Shown one piece after another: positions 1 through 9,769 of a stretch of 64,000 nucleotides of DNA. The DNA is taken from NCBI GenBank assembly GCA_964592195.1, contig CAZQEI010000003.1, forward strand, positions 20,174 through 84,173, given 5' to 3'. The notes beneath the pieces are model-generated. The model had not been told where the DNA came from. It did no database searches and saw nothing but the letters and a program-made list of their open reading frames with translations. Position numbers and translations under genes: made by a program. The stretch is from an uncultured Gammaproteobacteria bacterium. GTDB lineage: Bacteria > Patescibacteriota > Patescibacteriia > UBA11705. How positions within the stretch are numbered: position 1 is the first letter of the stretch; each line of letters begins with the position of its first letter.

Positions 1-123
1 ACCGAAGTCTTGACGAAGGTGGAGGGGATTTTGTAATGTACCCTCAAATGCTGTGTATTGAGTATATCATTTTTACTTTAATTTACCGGTTTTGTCAAGG
101 TAGGCTGTCAAAGCATGCTAACA

Positions 124-591
124 CTAATTCAATCTCCAAACAGCAAAATTTAACGCGGTAGCCAGAGAAACCCAACCCAAATATGGTACCAATAACCATG
201 CCGCTGGCCTGGAAATTGGGTAAAATTGCAGGATTGTGAAAAGAATCATGATCCACATCAAAGCGATTATTACCAACCCGCCCAGAATATTATGAGCACC
301 AAAGAAGACCGGTGTCCAGATGGCATTTAACGCCAATTGAACCAGAAAAATGATTAATGCCCACTTACCTACTCCCTTAAAGCCTGAAGTTTTCCAAATT
401 AGAAAAATGGCAATACCCATAAAAGTATACAAAGTTATCCACATGGGTCCAAACAACCAATTGGGCGGGGTAAAGCTGGGTTTATTCAGATGCACATACC
501 AGTTGGTAATTTCTTTGGCTGTGAACAATGAGCCTAGTAAACCTGCCAGTTGGCAGATTAAAATTGAGCCGATTAAACGTAAAGTATTCAT
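124..591 (-). CDS. tspO: TspO/MBR family tryptophan-rich sensory membrane protein
   Basis: 155-aa ORF, about five hydrophobic helices, Trp-rich, motifs PPNWLFGPMWITLY and WTPVFFG typical of TspO/MBR. Confidence 0.75.
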   Translation of the reverse strand: MNTLRLIGSILICQLAGLLGSLFTAKEITNWYVHLNKPSFTPPNWLFGPMWITLYTFMGIAIFLIWKTSGFKGVGKWALIIFLVQLALNAIWTPVFFGAHNILGGLVIIALMWIMILFTILQFYPISRPAAWLLVPYLGWVSLATALNFAVWRLN

Positions 592-602
592 ATGTCATCG
601 TG

Positions 603-627
603 GCCACGCAAAATCTTGCGTGGCATT
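603..627. repeat. REP-like hairpin GCCACGCAA-N4-TTGCGTGGC followed by ATTATTT
   Basis: perfect 9-bp stem read directly; near-identical copies at 766-792 and 1021-1046. Confidence 0.7.
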
Positions 628-735
628 ATTTGTTATTCCGTCTGGTGCTTTCTCGTCCGGACGCAATACCTTGCGTCCCAAAGGCCGACACGAACCGACG
701 GTTATTTATTCATCTAAAAATTATGCCTCTTCTTT

Positions 736-1365
736 CTATTCCCAATTCTCAGGATTTGTTTTTTGTGGCGACGCAAGATTTTGCGTCGCATTATTTCCAT
801 TTATTTTTTCTTCTTGCCATTTGGCTGGATTGTTTAAAATATAATCTCGGATTCTATTCAATTCCGCTTCATCTCTAACTATCCGATCGTTAAATCGTGA
901 CCTCCACGCAAATCTAATCTGATTATTTTTAGCAAATTTTGAAACACCAATTTTATAACCTCGAATTATCGAAGATAAATTTCTTTTTTGAGGACCAAAT
1001 TCATTCTTAAAATCACCTATCTGTGACGCAAGATCTTGCGTCACCACAAGCTCATCTTTATCAATACAAATTATACCGTGTATATGGCTTGGCATAATTT
1101 GAAACACATCTAACAGCACAAAAGGAAAATGTTTAGGAATATCCATCCAACAATTTCTTGCGGCCAAACCCAACTTTGAATATACCATCTCAGCATTAAC
1201 AATTTCACCAAAGAGTCTTCGACTATTATGAATATTTATGGTAACAAAATAATAACCATTCTGAGAATAATCATAAGTTGAAAACCTTAAATTCTTTTCC
1301 GTCGACATAAACTTTAACAAATCTATTTGCCCTCTTTCCCCAACTTCTTTATTTTGTCTAACCAA
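736..1365 (-). CDS. REP-associated tyrosine transposase (RAYT, IS200/IS605 TnpA-like HuH-Y1 transposase)
   Basis: HuH motif MPSHIHGII; C-terminal FNDRIVRDEAELNRIRDYILNNPAKW typical of IS200-like/RAYT; flanked by REP hairpins; ORF reads through a REP at its 3' end and contains one internally. Confidence 0.7.
   Translation of the reverse strand: MVRQNKEVGERGQIDLLKFMSTEKNLRFSTYDYSQNGYYFVTINIHNSRRLFGEIVNAEMVYSKLGLAARNCWMDIPKHFPFVLLDVFQIMPSHIHGIICIDKDELVVTQDLASQIGDFKNEFGPQKRNLSSIIRGYKIGVSKFAKNNQIRFAWRSRFNDRIVRDEAELNRIRDYILNNPAKWQEEKINGNNATQNLASPQKTNPENWE
766..792. repeat. REP-like hairpin GCGACGCAA-N4-TTGCGTCGC + ATTATTT
   Basis: 9-bp perfect stem; translated in-frame as ATQNLASP at the C-terminus of the RAYT ORF. 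Confidence 0.7.
1021..1046. repeat. REP-like hairpin GTGACGCAA-N4-TTGCGTCAC inside RAYT ORF
   Basis: 9-bp perfect stem inside 736..1365, translated in-frame as VVTQDLASQ. Confidence 0.65.
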
Positions 1366-1898
1366 CTTTTTCTTTGTACTGGTTTTAAATCTTCAACTCC
1401 ACCAACGCTCGTCAATTTAATCGGTTTAATTCCACAAAAGCTCAAAGCATTTTTCACAGTTTTAAAGCCTGTGTTGCCTTCTAGGCAATTAATTAAACTG
1501 GGAGCCCCCGATGTAATAATAATTCTTGCACTTCGCTTGGTTAAAAACTTCTTTGGCAACTTCGAATTCTTTTCCATATGATAGGCAAATCCTGGGATAA
1601 AAACTCGATCAAAAAATCCTTTTAACAAAGCCGGCATAGATGACCACCAAAGGGGAAAAATAAACACAATGTGGTCTGCCCACTTAATATATTCTTGACT
1701 CTTCAACAAACCCGGCTCTAAAGCTTGAATCACTTGATAGCCTTGATGTAAAATCGGATCAAATTTTAATTTACCAATATCAATTGACTTCACTTCATAT
1801 CCGCCAGCACCAGCACCGTCTCGATACGCCTCAGCTAAAGATCTGCAAAAACTTTTATCCGCGGAATGACCGAGAATGATGAGAATTTTTTTGTTCAT
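1323..1898 (-). CDS. flavodoxin-like fold NAD(P)H-dependent oxidoreductase (NQO/KefF/MdaB-like)
   Basis: N-terminal KILIILGHS...SF, FIFPLWWSSMPALLKGFFDRVF motif characteristic of the Flavodoxin_2 NAD(P)H dehydrogenase (quinone) family. Confidence 0.65.
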   Translation of the reverse strand: MNKKILIILGHSADKSFCRSLAEAYRDGAGAGGYEVKSIDIGKLKFDPILHQGYQVIQALEPGLLKSQEYIKWADHIVFIFPLWWSSMPALLKGFFDRVFIPGFAYHMEKNSKLPKKFLTKRSARIIITSGAPSLINCLEGNTGFKTVKNALSFCGIKPIKLTSVGGVEDLKPVQRKSWLDKIKKLGKEGK

Positions 1899-2031
1899 AT
1901 TTATAGTTAATTCTATGATAATTATAACACTTTCTGACTATTGAGTAAATTGTACCTGCTTGATTTTTTATAGTTGAAGTGGTAAAGTTGCATCGCACAT
2001 TCACAATTTAACTTCCACAACAGGAGACGAC

Positions 2032-2415
2032 ATGAAAAAGGCTGAAGAAGAGCTAAAATTAGAAATGACCGACTCCGATGATATTGACCATGAATCAGAC
2101 TTCCATGTGATTCGAAGCACAAGATTGATTCTCACGGATCTCAATGGTAATTCTTTTGAGCCGACTATGAACGACATTGAAACGAGAATTCGCGCTATCA
2201 ATGTTTGGTTCGCGATACTAATCGGAGCATTGTTGTTCTTCTTGTCACAAATGATGGTTGGCGCTTGGCAAAAAGATGCCTTTCTCTTGGTTTCCAGTTC
2301 TATTTGTTTTTCGTTAAGTTTCATCATTCTCATCCCCATGATCCTCCAAATTAAAAATAACTATGCCCTTTGTTCACAATTTTTGAAAAGAACTAATCAT
2401 TACGAAGAAACATAA
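2032..2415 (+). CDS. small membrane protein, acidic N-terminus + 2 TM, hypothetical
   Basis: ORF with two hydrophobic helices; one of three consecutive same-strand small membrane ORFs. Confidence 0.4.
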   Translation: MKKAEEELKLEMTDSDDIDHESDFHVIRSTRLILTDLNGNSFEPTMNDIETRIRAINVWFAILIGALLFFLSQMMVGAWQKDAFLLVSSSICFSLSFIILIPMILQIKNNYALCSQFLKRTNHYEET

Positions 2416-2437
2416 ACCACTACCAAAGGAGACGCGC

Positions 2438-2740
2438 ATGGAGAAACTCTTTGGGAACAAGAAAACACGAACATCTGCTCAAGACATGCGTTTGAAGAAA
2501 TTTTACGCCATTCTATGCGTTGTTGCATGGCTAATGTTTGCCGGTCTATTTCCTATTGTAGATACATTCTTTAAGAAATATAACTCAGTGGCTCTATTAA
2601 TCGGAGTCAGTGGCATGTTTCTAAGCTTCTTTTTGTTTTTCATAGCGATACTCAAATATAGAATAGCCAAAGATGAATACCAAAAGTACTATTTCCGGTG
2701 GTTCCCGGAAGAACGACGACTGCCCAACTCATCCCTTTAA
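2438..2740 (+). CDS. small 2-TM membrane protein, hypothetical
   Basis: RBS AAGGAGAC 6 nt upstream of ATG; two TM helices. Confidence 0.45.
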   Translation: MEKLFGNKKTRTSAQDMRLKKFYAILCVVAWLMFAGLFPIVDTFFKKYNSVALLIGVSGMFLSFFLFFIAILKYRIAKDEYQKYYFRWFPEERRLPNSSL

Positions 2741-2752
2741 GGAGGCATAAAC

Positions 2753-3046
2753 ATGCGACGCTTGCCCGCAATTCTTTCCACCGCCATCCTGGGAACAAAC
2801 ATTGCGTTTATCATTACATTGATCGCCTTAATTCTATTTACTGCCTTAGCCTTTGTAACCAAGCAATACCAACCGCATATTTTCCCAATCTATGTCGCCA
2901 CTTGCATTGTAATTTTCATGGGAATATTCCTCACGTTGTTCCCCCTGCGAAGAAAAATCATGAGAGAATTTGTAGTTGAATCAAAACGAATCTATCTACC
3001 ATCAATACGTCTGAAGAGTCATCAACCACCTCCGAACCAAGAATAA
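2753..3046 (+). CDS. small 2-TM membrane protein, hypothetical
   Basis: RBS AAGGAGG upstream; two TM helices. Confidence 0.45.
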   Translation: MRRLPAILSTAILGTNIAFIITLIALILFTALAFVTKQYQPHIFPIYVATCIVIFMGIFLTLFPLRRKIMREFVVESKRIYLPSIRLKSHQPPPNQE

Positions 3047-3166
3047 ACATTAGCACTGATAATCATCAGTGTTTTTCGTTATTGACAAGGTTAGAGTCAC
3101 ATGATAATATCATCTATTGGTCGTTCACAACCAGTCCCGCATGCGGGGCAAACACAAGGGGGATAC

Positions 3167-3697
3167 ATGAGCCAGTCGCGAGATTACAATGTGGTGTTCG
3201 AGTATATTCGTGAAGATGGTTGGAAGGGAATTAGGTACATTTCTATTTACGAAGATGAAAATGACTTCAATGCTCGACCGAATCAACGATATGAAGAAAA
3301 AAATGAAAAAGTGATCGCTAAGGGCATCCCCATCGACGAAGCTCAAAGCCTAGTAGCTCAAGTGCCTTTTCAGTGTAAAGTAAAATGCAGCATTGAAAAA
3401 GCTTTTCTCGGAAATAAATTTGTACCCATCATGTTCCAGATGGAAATCCAAAATCAAATTGGTAACGAACCTGGGCAATTTAAAGAATCCATGGGAGCAG
3501 TTCCCGGAACATTGACATTCATCAATCCTGAAGAAATTGAAGAGAGTCTTCTTCAAAGTGGAAAAATGAAAGACCTTCTATTCCTTTGCGTCGACAAAGC
3601 TACTGATACTGAAAACAACAAATTCTATTGGGACGCACTTGTTCACAACCTGGAAATTTTGAGAATGGCAACTGGCCTAACTATTCTAATCGATTAA
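3167..3697 (+). CDS. hypothetical cytoplasmic protein
   Basis: ORF 3101..3697; preferred start ATG 3167 (MSQSRDYN) preceded by AAGGGGGA RBS. Confidence 0.5.
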   Translation: MSQSRDYNVVFEYIREDGWKGIRYISIYEDENDFNARPNQRYEEKNEKVIAKGIPIDEAQSLVAQVPFQCKVKCSIEKAFLGNKFVPIMFQMEIQNQIGNEPGQFKESMGAVPGTLTFINPEEIEESLLQSGKMKDLLFLCVDKATDTENNKFYWDALVHNLEILRMATGLTILID

Positions 3698-3704
3698 TTT
3701 TAAC

Positions 3705-3770
3705 TGCAGGATAAACTCCTGCTTTTTTGTCAGCCGGAGGCTGATCCGCCTTTGGCGGATTTTATTTTGA
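3705..3770 (+). terminator. tandem intrinsic terminators (GCAGGA-N5-TCCTGC-T6, then ATCCGCC-TTTG-GGCGGAT-TTTATTTT)
   Basis: two GC hairpins each followed by U-tract directly after the stop of 3167..3697; second hairpin belongs to dispersed GC-palindrome family. Confidence 0.65.
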
Positions 3771-3862
3771 ATAAAAAAAATACTCTATGATTGACAAATT
3801 AACCAGTAATTGCTATGCTATATAGTCGTACTTTAACAAAACCAAAACACCTAGGAGGGTGC

Positions 3863-4579
3863 ATGGACCTGTTCACTCTGGATAATTTAATTGCCTTAAT
3901 CACGTTGGCTGGTCTCGAGATCATCTTGGGGATTGACAACATAGTGATGCTATCGATTCTCAGCAACCGTTTACCCGTTGAAAAACGTCATCGGGCAAGA
4001 AAAATTGGACTGCTCTTAGCAATGATCATGCGAATTCTACTGCTTTGTTCCCTCAGCTTTATCATGAAGCTAACAGAACCTCTCTTCACAATCTTTACAG
4101 TAGAAATCAGTGGCCGCAGTTTGATCTTGATCGTTGGTGGACTTTTCTTGCTTTACAAGGCAACGAAGGAAATTCACGAACACTCCAACGATGAACATGA
4201 AGAGCATGAAAAGATCAGTCGCGCCGCTTCCTTTGCCAAGGTGTTAATTCAAATCATGCTTTTTGACCTAGTATTCTCTCTCGATTCTGTCATTACCGCA
4301 GTTGGCATGGCACAAAATCTGATTATCATGATTGTTGCCATTGTCATCGCCATTCTGGTCATGATGCAATTCTCTGGTCAAGTCAGCAAATTCATTGACC
4401 ACAATCCCAGTATTAAAATCTTGGCGTTGTGTTTCCTGAATCTGATTGGCTTCATGTTGGTAATGGAAGGAGTGGGAAAACACATTGAGAAGGGATATAT
4501 TTACTCTGCCATTGGATTTTCCCTAGTGGCAGAATTGATCAACATTAAAAAAACAAAGAGTAAACGACCTCAACACTAA
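3863..4579 (+). CDS. TerC family integral membrane protein
   Basis: multi-TM; LEIILGIDNIVMLSIL and GGLFLLYKATKEIHE motifs typical of TerC/UPF0053; RBS TAGGAGGG before ATG 3863. Confidence 0.7.
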   Translation: MDLFTLDNLIALITLAGLEIILGIDNIVMLSILSNRLPVEKRHRARKIGLLLAMIMRILLLCSLSFIMKLTEPLFTIFTVEISGRSLILIVGGLFLLYKATKEIHEHSNDEHEEHEKISRAASFAKVLIQIMLFDLVFSLDSVITAVGMAQNLIIMIVAIVIAILVMMQFSGQVSKFIDHNPSIKILALCFLNLIGFMLVMEGVGKHIEKGYIYSAIGFSLVAELINIKKTKSKRPQH

Positions 4580-4597
4580 AATTCTCATTAAAAAACA

Positions 4598-4627
4598 TCC
4601 AGCTATCAGGCTGGACTTTTTATTTTC
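4598..4627 (+). terminator. intrinsic terminator TCCAGC-N6-GCTGGA-CTTTTTATTTT
   Basis: hairpin + U-tract immediately after TerC stop. Confidence 0.7.
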
Positions 4628-4752
4628 ATATAAAGATTACAACGCTACAGATGCTACAGATTCAAAATTAAATTAATTTCCTACAGATACTACCGATAAA
4701 GACATCCGTAGTATCCGTAGAGATTCGTAGATCCGTAGAATCAGTAGCCTTA

Positions 4753-6381
4753 TTATCGGGCTTTGGATGATCGTCGACTATACCATTTTCTTTTCAACAT
4801 CCCCTTAATATAATTCATCTCCTTTGACTTCATAATTAAGTTAGCCAAAATAAACACCACACCGGAAACAATGGTAATCATAAACACATCAAATAACAAA
4901 GAAGACAACGCCGCATGCAAAGTAGTTTTGAAAAACCAAGTTTTCAATCCCCAAATTACTGCACCCATTAAAACTGAACTTCCAACAATTTTCATCAATG
5001 AAGTTAACAACACAGGAATTTCAAAATCACCAATGGCTCTCTTTAATGTTATAAACAAAACTACAAAATCTAAAATTGCCCCAATACTGAAGGCCAAACT
5101 CAATCCCATCACTCCAAACTTCGGTGTTAACCACCAAGCGAAAAATACCGTTCCGATAGCACCGACAATTCCAGCGAGCAATGGCCACATGGTATTGTGC
5201 CGAGCAAAAAAGGCGCGCGCAAATAATGGAATTAAAGCCTGAGCAAATAAACTTAGAATAAACCAACCAAAAGCGTTAGCCGTAGTTTGAATATCTGATC
5301 CGGCGAACTTACCAGCGCCGAGAATTATCCGCACAATTTCTGTTCTTAACAACAAGAAAAGCACTGACAACGGAATTATCGCGAACAAAATCAAACGAAA
5401 ACTATCATTAAAAGTGCTATTAAATTTAAATAAATCTTTTTTATTATAATAGTTTGATAATGTTGGAAAAGCGGCGATGGCAAAGGATACTCCGATTAAA
5501 CCAACAGGTAATCCTTGTAAATTATTGGCTAAGTTAAAAATAGCAATACTCCCGGTGGCAATCATTGAACCAAAAAATGTGATAACGATCAGATTGAACT
5601 GCGTGGTAGCTAGACCAAGAATACGCGGTAACATCATTTTTCCAATAGCCCGCACATTTTGATCTTTCCAATCCCACAAGCGTTGATATTTAAAACCTAA
5701 ATCAAATAACGCTGGTAATTGAATCAATAAATGCAACAAAGCACCCAGGGCAACACCCCAAGCCAAACCGTAAATATCAAACCATTTAGTTAAATACACT
5801 GCGCCGATAATAATACCAACATTATACATTATTGGAGATAATGAAAAAATAAAGAAACGTTTAAACGATTGCAACACCGCGCCTACAATTCCACTTAACC
5901 CCAAAAATATCGGACTTAGAAACATTATTCGCGTCATGTTCGTAGCAATACCAACTTGCATGGGTGTAAAACCGGGAGAGATTAAATGAACCAAATCTTT
6001 AGCGAAAATAAAACAGATAACGGAAATTATCAAAACAAAAAACGAAAAAATATTGATAATATTATTGGTCAATTTCCAAGCCACGCTATTATCCACCTCA
6101 ACGGTTTCACCAAATTCATTTTTAACTTCTTCCTTCATTAACGAAGTAAAAATCGGAATAAAGCCGGCTGACACTGCGCCAAGAATTATTAAATTGTAAA
6201 TTAAATCCGGGATACGAAAAGCGGAATAGTAAATATCCAAAGCGGCGCCTGCGCCAAATTCACCAGCTAAAACCCGATCACGGAATATTCCCAGTACGCG
6301 GCTGGCTAATGAAGTGATGGCAATCACCATAGCAGCATTGGCAATAGAACCAGAGCGGCCGTAAAGTAGTTTTTTAAGCAT
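4753..6381 (-). CDS. murJ: lipid II flippase MurJ (MviN)
   Basis: 542-aa, ~14 TM; N-terminal SRVLGIFRDRVLAGEFGAGAALDIYYSAFRIPDLIYNL is the MurJ signature. Confidence 0.85.
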   Translation of the reverse strand: MLKKLLYGRSGSIANAAMVIAITSLASRVLGIFRDRVLAGEFGAGAALDIYYSAFRIPDLIYNLIILGAVSAGFIPIFTSLMKEEVKNEFGETVEVDNSVAWKLTNNIINIFSFFVLIISVICFIFAKDLVHLISPGFTPMQVGIATNMTRIMFLSPIFLGLSGIVGAVLQSFKRFFIFSLSPIMYNVGIIIGAVYLTKWFDIYGLAWGVALGALLHLLIQLPALFDLGFKYQRLWDWKDQNVRAIGKMMLPRILGLATTQFNLIVITFFGSMIATGSIAIFNLANNLQGLPVGLIGVSFAIAAFPTLSNYYNKKDLFKFNSTFNDSFRLILFAIIPLSVLFLLLRTEIVRIILGAGKFAGSDIQTTANAFGWFILSLFAQALIPLFARAFFARHNTMWPLLAGIVGAIGTVFFAWWLTPKFGVMGLSLAFSIGAILDFVVLFITLKRAIGDFEIPVLLTSLMKIVGSSVLMGAVIWGLKTWFFKTTLHAALSSLLFDVFMITIVSGVVFILANLIMKSKEMNYIKGMLKRKWYSRRSSKAR

Positions 6382-6386
6382 ATTTA

Positions 6387-6824
6387 CTAATAATTTATAT
6401 AATCTTTAATTCGACCATACTCTTTTCTAGCTGGCCAAATTTTACCCGGTACTTGTTTAATTGCGCCACCTAAAACCTTTGCCATTGGCGACAATTTTAA
6501 TCTTTTATCTAAGACTTTAATATATGGGAAAAAATTTTGCGCTATTTTGTTATTGATTTGAAAATTGTGTCCAATATAGAAATTAACGTTGCCATGGGGG
6601 TCAATGATTCCCCTAATAACTTCGTTTATCAATTTGTCATTTCTAACAGTCATCCAATCATTTTTCACAAACCATTCTGCGTGTGAATATCCCACTCCTT
6701 TACGCGCTATATACAATTTACCTTGATAAATGACAAACATGCGACGTTGGCGGTGATAGTCTTTTATTTGTTTGTTTTCTTTAGTGCTGTATTGGTTTTC
6801 AACTATGCTCATATCTATTAACAA
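6387..6824 (-). CDS. hypothetical protein
   Basis: 145-aa ORF, 5 nt downstream of murJ on same strand. Confidence 0.45.
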   Translation of the reverse strand: MLIDMSIVENQYSTKENKQIKDYHRQRRMFVIYQGKLYIARKGVGYSHAEWFVKNDWMTVRNDKLINEVIRGIIDPHGNVNFYIGHNFQINNKIAQNFFPYIKVLDKRLKLSPMAKVLGGAIKQVPGKIWPARKEYGRIKDYINY

Positions 6825-6930
6825 TGAACTGATAATTTAGATAAAGGGTCTCGAAGACGAGCCAAGGTAAGTTCGCAAATTAGACACACGAACCCGGACT
6901 AAAGTCCGGGGTAAAATAATTTTACGTATT

Positions 6931-8043
6931 CTAAACAATCTTTTTCACAATCATCAATTCCTCATTTGTAGGGATCACAAACGCTTTAGTTTTGATCGGC
7001 AAGTTCTTCATAATCAAATTGCGCACAATCGCACTGCGTTCCCCAATTCCGGCGGTAAAGATAATGGCATCCACTTTCCCCAATTCTACAAAATACGCGC
7101 CAATATATTTTCTCACTCGATCAACAAAAATTGATAAAGCTAATTCAGAATAAGCTTTTTGTTTGACTGAATATTTTTTGTTTTCATAACCTTCAACTTT
7201 ATAACCGGCAGCAGACAAAACATCCCGCAAATCTTTAAACCCAGTCAAACCAACAAAGCCCGACTCTTTATTCAGTAAATTATCCACTTGATCAACTGTA
7301 TAGCCATGTCTTTGCAAAAATAACGGAATGGAAGCGTCAATATCACCACAGCGAGTGCTCATCATTAACCCTTGCAAAGGTGAAAAACCCATAGTGGTAT
7401 CCACTACTTTGCCATTTTTAATCGCCGCCATACTGGAGCCACTACCCAAATGACAAGTAATCAAATTTAATTTTGCCAATGGCTTCTTCAACTTCTTTGC
7501 GGCTTCATGGGCCACAAATTCATGGGACAAACCATGAAAGCCATAGCGACGAATATCAAACTTTTTATACAATGCAATCGGCAACGGATAAATATAGACT
7601 TTGGCCGGTAACGTGGCATGGAATGCCGTATCAAACACTGCATAATTTTTCGCTTGCGGTAATAGATTTAAACATGATTTGATACCTAAAATATTTGGCG
7701 GATTGTGCAACGGCGCCAATTTATTATACTTTTCCAGTTGTTTCAAGTTTTTCTTTGTAACTAACATTGGTAATTGAAAATCTTCACCACCATGGACCAC
7801 ACGATGACCAACTTTTTTTATTTCTGATAATTTCACACCGCATTTAGTTAACAAAAACAAGACTTTATTCAAAGCTTGTTCATGGTTGGCGCAAGTAAAA
7901 GTTTCTTTTTGATCATCAAAATCAATAAAACTTCCTGTTTGACCAATTTTTTCTACTAATCCCGAATGTTTAACTGCCAGCTTTTCATTGAATAATTTAA
8001 ACTTCAAACTGGAAGAACCAGAATTAATGACTAGATAAAACAT
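6931..8043 (-). CDS. ackA: acetate (or short-chain acyl) kinase, ASKHA family
   Basis: N-terminal LVINSGSSSLKFKLF, GFHGLSHEFV motif; 370 aa. Confidence 0.8.
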   Translation of the reverse strand: MFYLVINSGSSSLKFKLFNEKLAVKHSGLVEKIGQTGSFIDFDDQKETFTCANHEQALNKVLFLLTKCGVKLSEIKKVGHRVVHGGEDFQLPMLVTKKNLKQLEKYNKLAPLHNPPNILGIKSCLNLLPQAKNYAVFDTAFHATLPAKVYIYPLPIALYKKFDIRRYGFHGLSHEFVAHEAAKKLKKPLAKLNLITCHLGSGSSMAAIKNGKVVDTTMGFSPLQGLMMSTRCGDIDASIPLFLQRHGYTVDQVDNLLNKESGFVGLTGFKDLRDVLSAAGYKVEGYENKKYSVKQKAYSELALSIFVDRVRKYIGAYFVELGKVDAIIFTAGIGERSAIVRNLIMKNLPIKTKAFVIPTNEELMIVKKIV

Positions 8044-8056
8044 ATTTTTATTTTAT

Positions 8057-8623
8057 TTAAACAATCAATTCCCCTTCGCTTTCCATGGGCAACAACGCGG
8101 AGTTACCTTCATCAGTATCTAAATGTACGGAAGCGTTAAAAGAATCTTTAATTCGCACTTCCACATTTTCAAAAGTCAAAGCCCGAGGACTGTCAATTTT
8201 AACTTTCACTTCTTGTCCATTTTTTACACCATAGCGCAAAGCTTCAGATTCATTCAAATGAACATGTCTTTTGGCAACTATCACACCTTTTAACAAATCT
8301 AACTCACCTTTTGGACCGACAACTTTAATTGCGCCAGAACCTTCAATTTTTCCAGATAAACGCAAAGGTGCTTGCACTCCGAGAAAGAAACAATCTGTGC
8401 GAGCTAATTCTACTTGAGTAAATTGACGGCAAGGTCCAAGAACACGAACCGACTCAATTTGGCGTTTTGGACCCACCAGCTTAACCTCAGCTGTGCTGGC
8501 GAATTCACCGCCCTGTGATAAATCTTTCAATTTTTCCAACTGATATCCCTCACCAAAAAGTATTTCTAAATCATGCTGCGTCAAATGCAAATGACGCGCC
8601 GAAACTTCCACGCGAATTTTCAT
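8057..8623 (-). CDS. PduL-type phosphate acyltransferase (phosphotransacylase)
   Basis: two PduL repeats with SARHLHL / AKRHVHL histidine motifs; directly upstream of acetate kinase. Confidence 0.7.
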   Translation of the reverse strand: MKIRVEVSARHLHLTQHDLEILFGEGYQLEKLKDLSQGGEFASTAEVKLVGPKRQIESVRVLGPCRQFTQVELARTDCFFLGVQAPLRLSGKIEGSGAIKVVGPKGELDLLKGVIVAKRHVHLNESEALRYGVKNGQEVKVKIDSPRALTFENVEVRIKDSFNASVHLDTDEGNSALLPMESEGELIV

Positions 8624-8716
8624 ATGTTTTATAGCTATTTATGCTAATATAATTATAGCATTTTTTTAACTGAGACGGAACAGAAATTTAGCCTATTTAA
8701 CCACAGGTTGCCAATA

Positions 8717-8745
8717 TTGACAATTTAATACTTTCATTATACAAT
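8717..8745 (+). promoter_or_regulatory. sigma70-like promoter TTGACA-N17-TACAAT
   Basis: read directly ~40 nt upstream of ATG 8787. Confidence 0.5.
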
Positions 8746-8786
8746 AAGCTGTTCATTGACAATCACACCAAAGAAAGGATCGTATC

Positions 8787-9422
8787 ATGGAAATGCGACG
8801 TCAAAAGTTCTTTGAATTGGTACATCGCCAAGTCGAAAATGATCGCTATCGAGTTGCCATTGAGTTTGCTTATGAGCTGGCCAAAGTCGCTCATTACAAA
8901 CAACCGCCACGTGCTAATGGTGAAAGATATTTTAGCCATGTAAAAGCCGTCGCTGCAATCATTCTGCAAGAATTGAATCTGTCCTTATATAATGAAAATG
9001 AAATTACAACATTGATCATTGCCGCTCTTTTGCATGACTTGATGGAAGATACTTTCGTGGCCAAAAGACGCCATTTGGCTTTCATTTTTGATCAAATCAA
9101 CCCAGAAATTACGATGATTATTGAAACAGTCACAAAAGTTGAAGGCCCCAATAAGTTTGCCAAATTGCTGAGTTGCTGTCATAAATTAGTTAAGATCATC
9201 AAAGGCGCTGACCGTTTGCATAATCAGCGCACACTTTGCTATTGCACACCGGCCAAGATTCGGCGTAAGAATGCTGAGACGCGGAACAAGATCCTGCCGT
9301 GGCTGAAGTTCCGTTCTCGTGATCCGAACTTACTGCATCTGATTGATCAGATTGAGAAGCAGACTGCGTTGAATGAATCTGGGCTCAACACCACCACACC
9401 CACGAGGAGGGCGTCATGTTAA
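8787..9422 (+). CDS. HD-domain phosphohydrolase (RelA/SpoT-type (p)ppGpp hydrolase-like)
   Basis: GERYFSHVKAVAAII ... ALLHDLMEDT = HD-domain H...HD...D motifs as in SpoT/Mesh1 hydrolase domain. Confidence 0.6.
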   Translation: MEMRRQKFFELVHRQVENDRYRVAIEFAYELAKVAHYKQPPRANGERYFSHVKAVAAIILQELNLSLYNENEITTLIIAALLHDLMEDTFVAKRRHLAFIFDQINPEITMIIETVTKVEGPNKFAKLLSCCHKLVKIIKGADRLHNQRTLCYCTPAKIRRKNAETRNKILPWLKFRSRDPNLLHLIDQIEKQTALNESGLNTTTPTRRASC

Positions 9423-9766
9423 AAGAATTTGCTGGTGCTGTTAACGCTGCGGTTGAAAAGAGAAAAGAGGAGAAAGCAAAAATTGAAAAAAATCGACCTT
9501 TTGAATCTCAAAAAAAAGCGCGCGCGTTAATTCGTTCTCTACTTCATGCGATTGAATGTGGATATTCGTATTTTGAACATCCATTAAATCCTTGCGCTGA
9601 GATTGATTTCAAAGGCGAAGATCGAACCAAGTTGGAGAGCCTTCAGGATCCTTATCAATTGTTTATTGAATACTGCAGAAGTGAAGGACTAAATGACATT
9701 AGCATTGGATATACGAGGGGAGAAAGAGTACTCCGACCACTTAAGTTGTTCGTTGCTCTTCCATAA
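9416..9766 (+). CDS. hypothetical protein (overlaps preceding gene by 7 nt)
   Basis: 116-aa ORF, translationally coupled to HD-domain gene. Confidence 0.4.
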   Translation: MLKEFAGAVNAAVEKRKEEKAKIEKNRPFESQKKARALIRSLLHAIECGYSYFEHPLNPCAEIDFKGEDRTKLESLQDPYQLFIEYCRSEGLNDISIGYTRGERVLRPLKLFVALP

Positions 9767-9769
9767 AAA

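Noticed and set aside
350-878. Plus-strand ORFs 350..844 and 528..878
   Set aside because: Antisense to the well-supported tspO gene and otherwise just in-frame translation of REP hairpins; no independent support.
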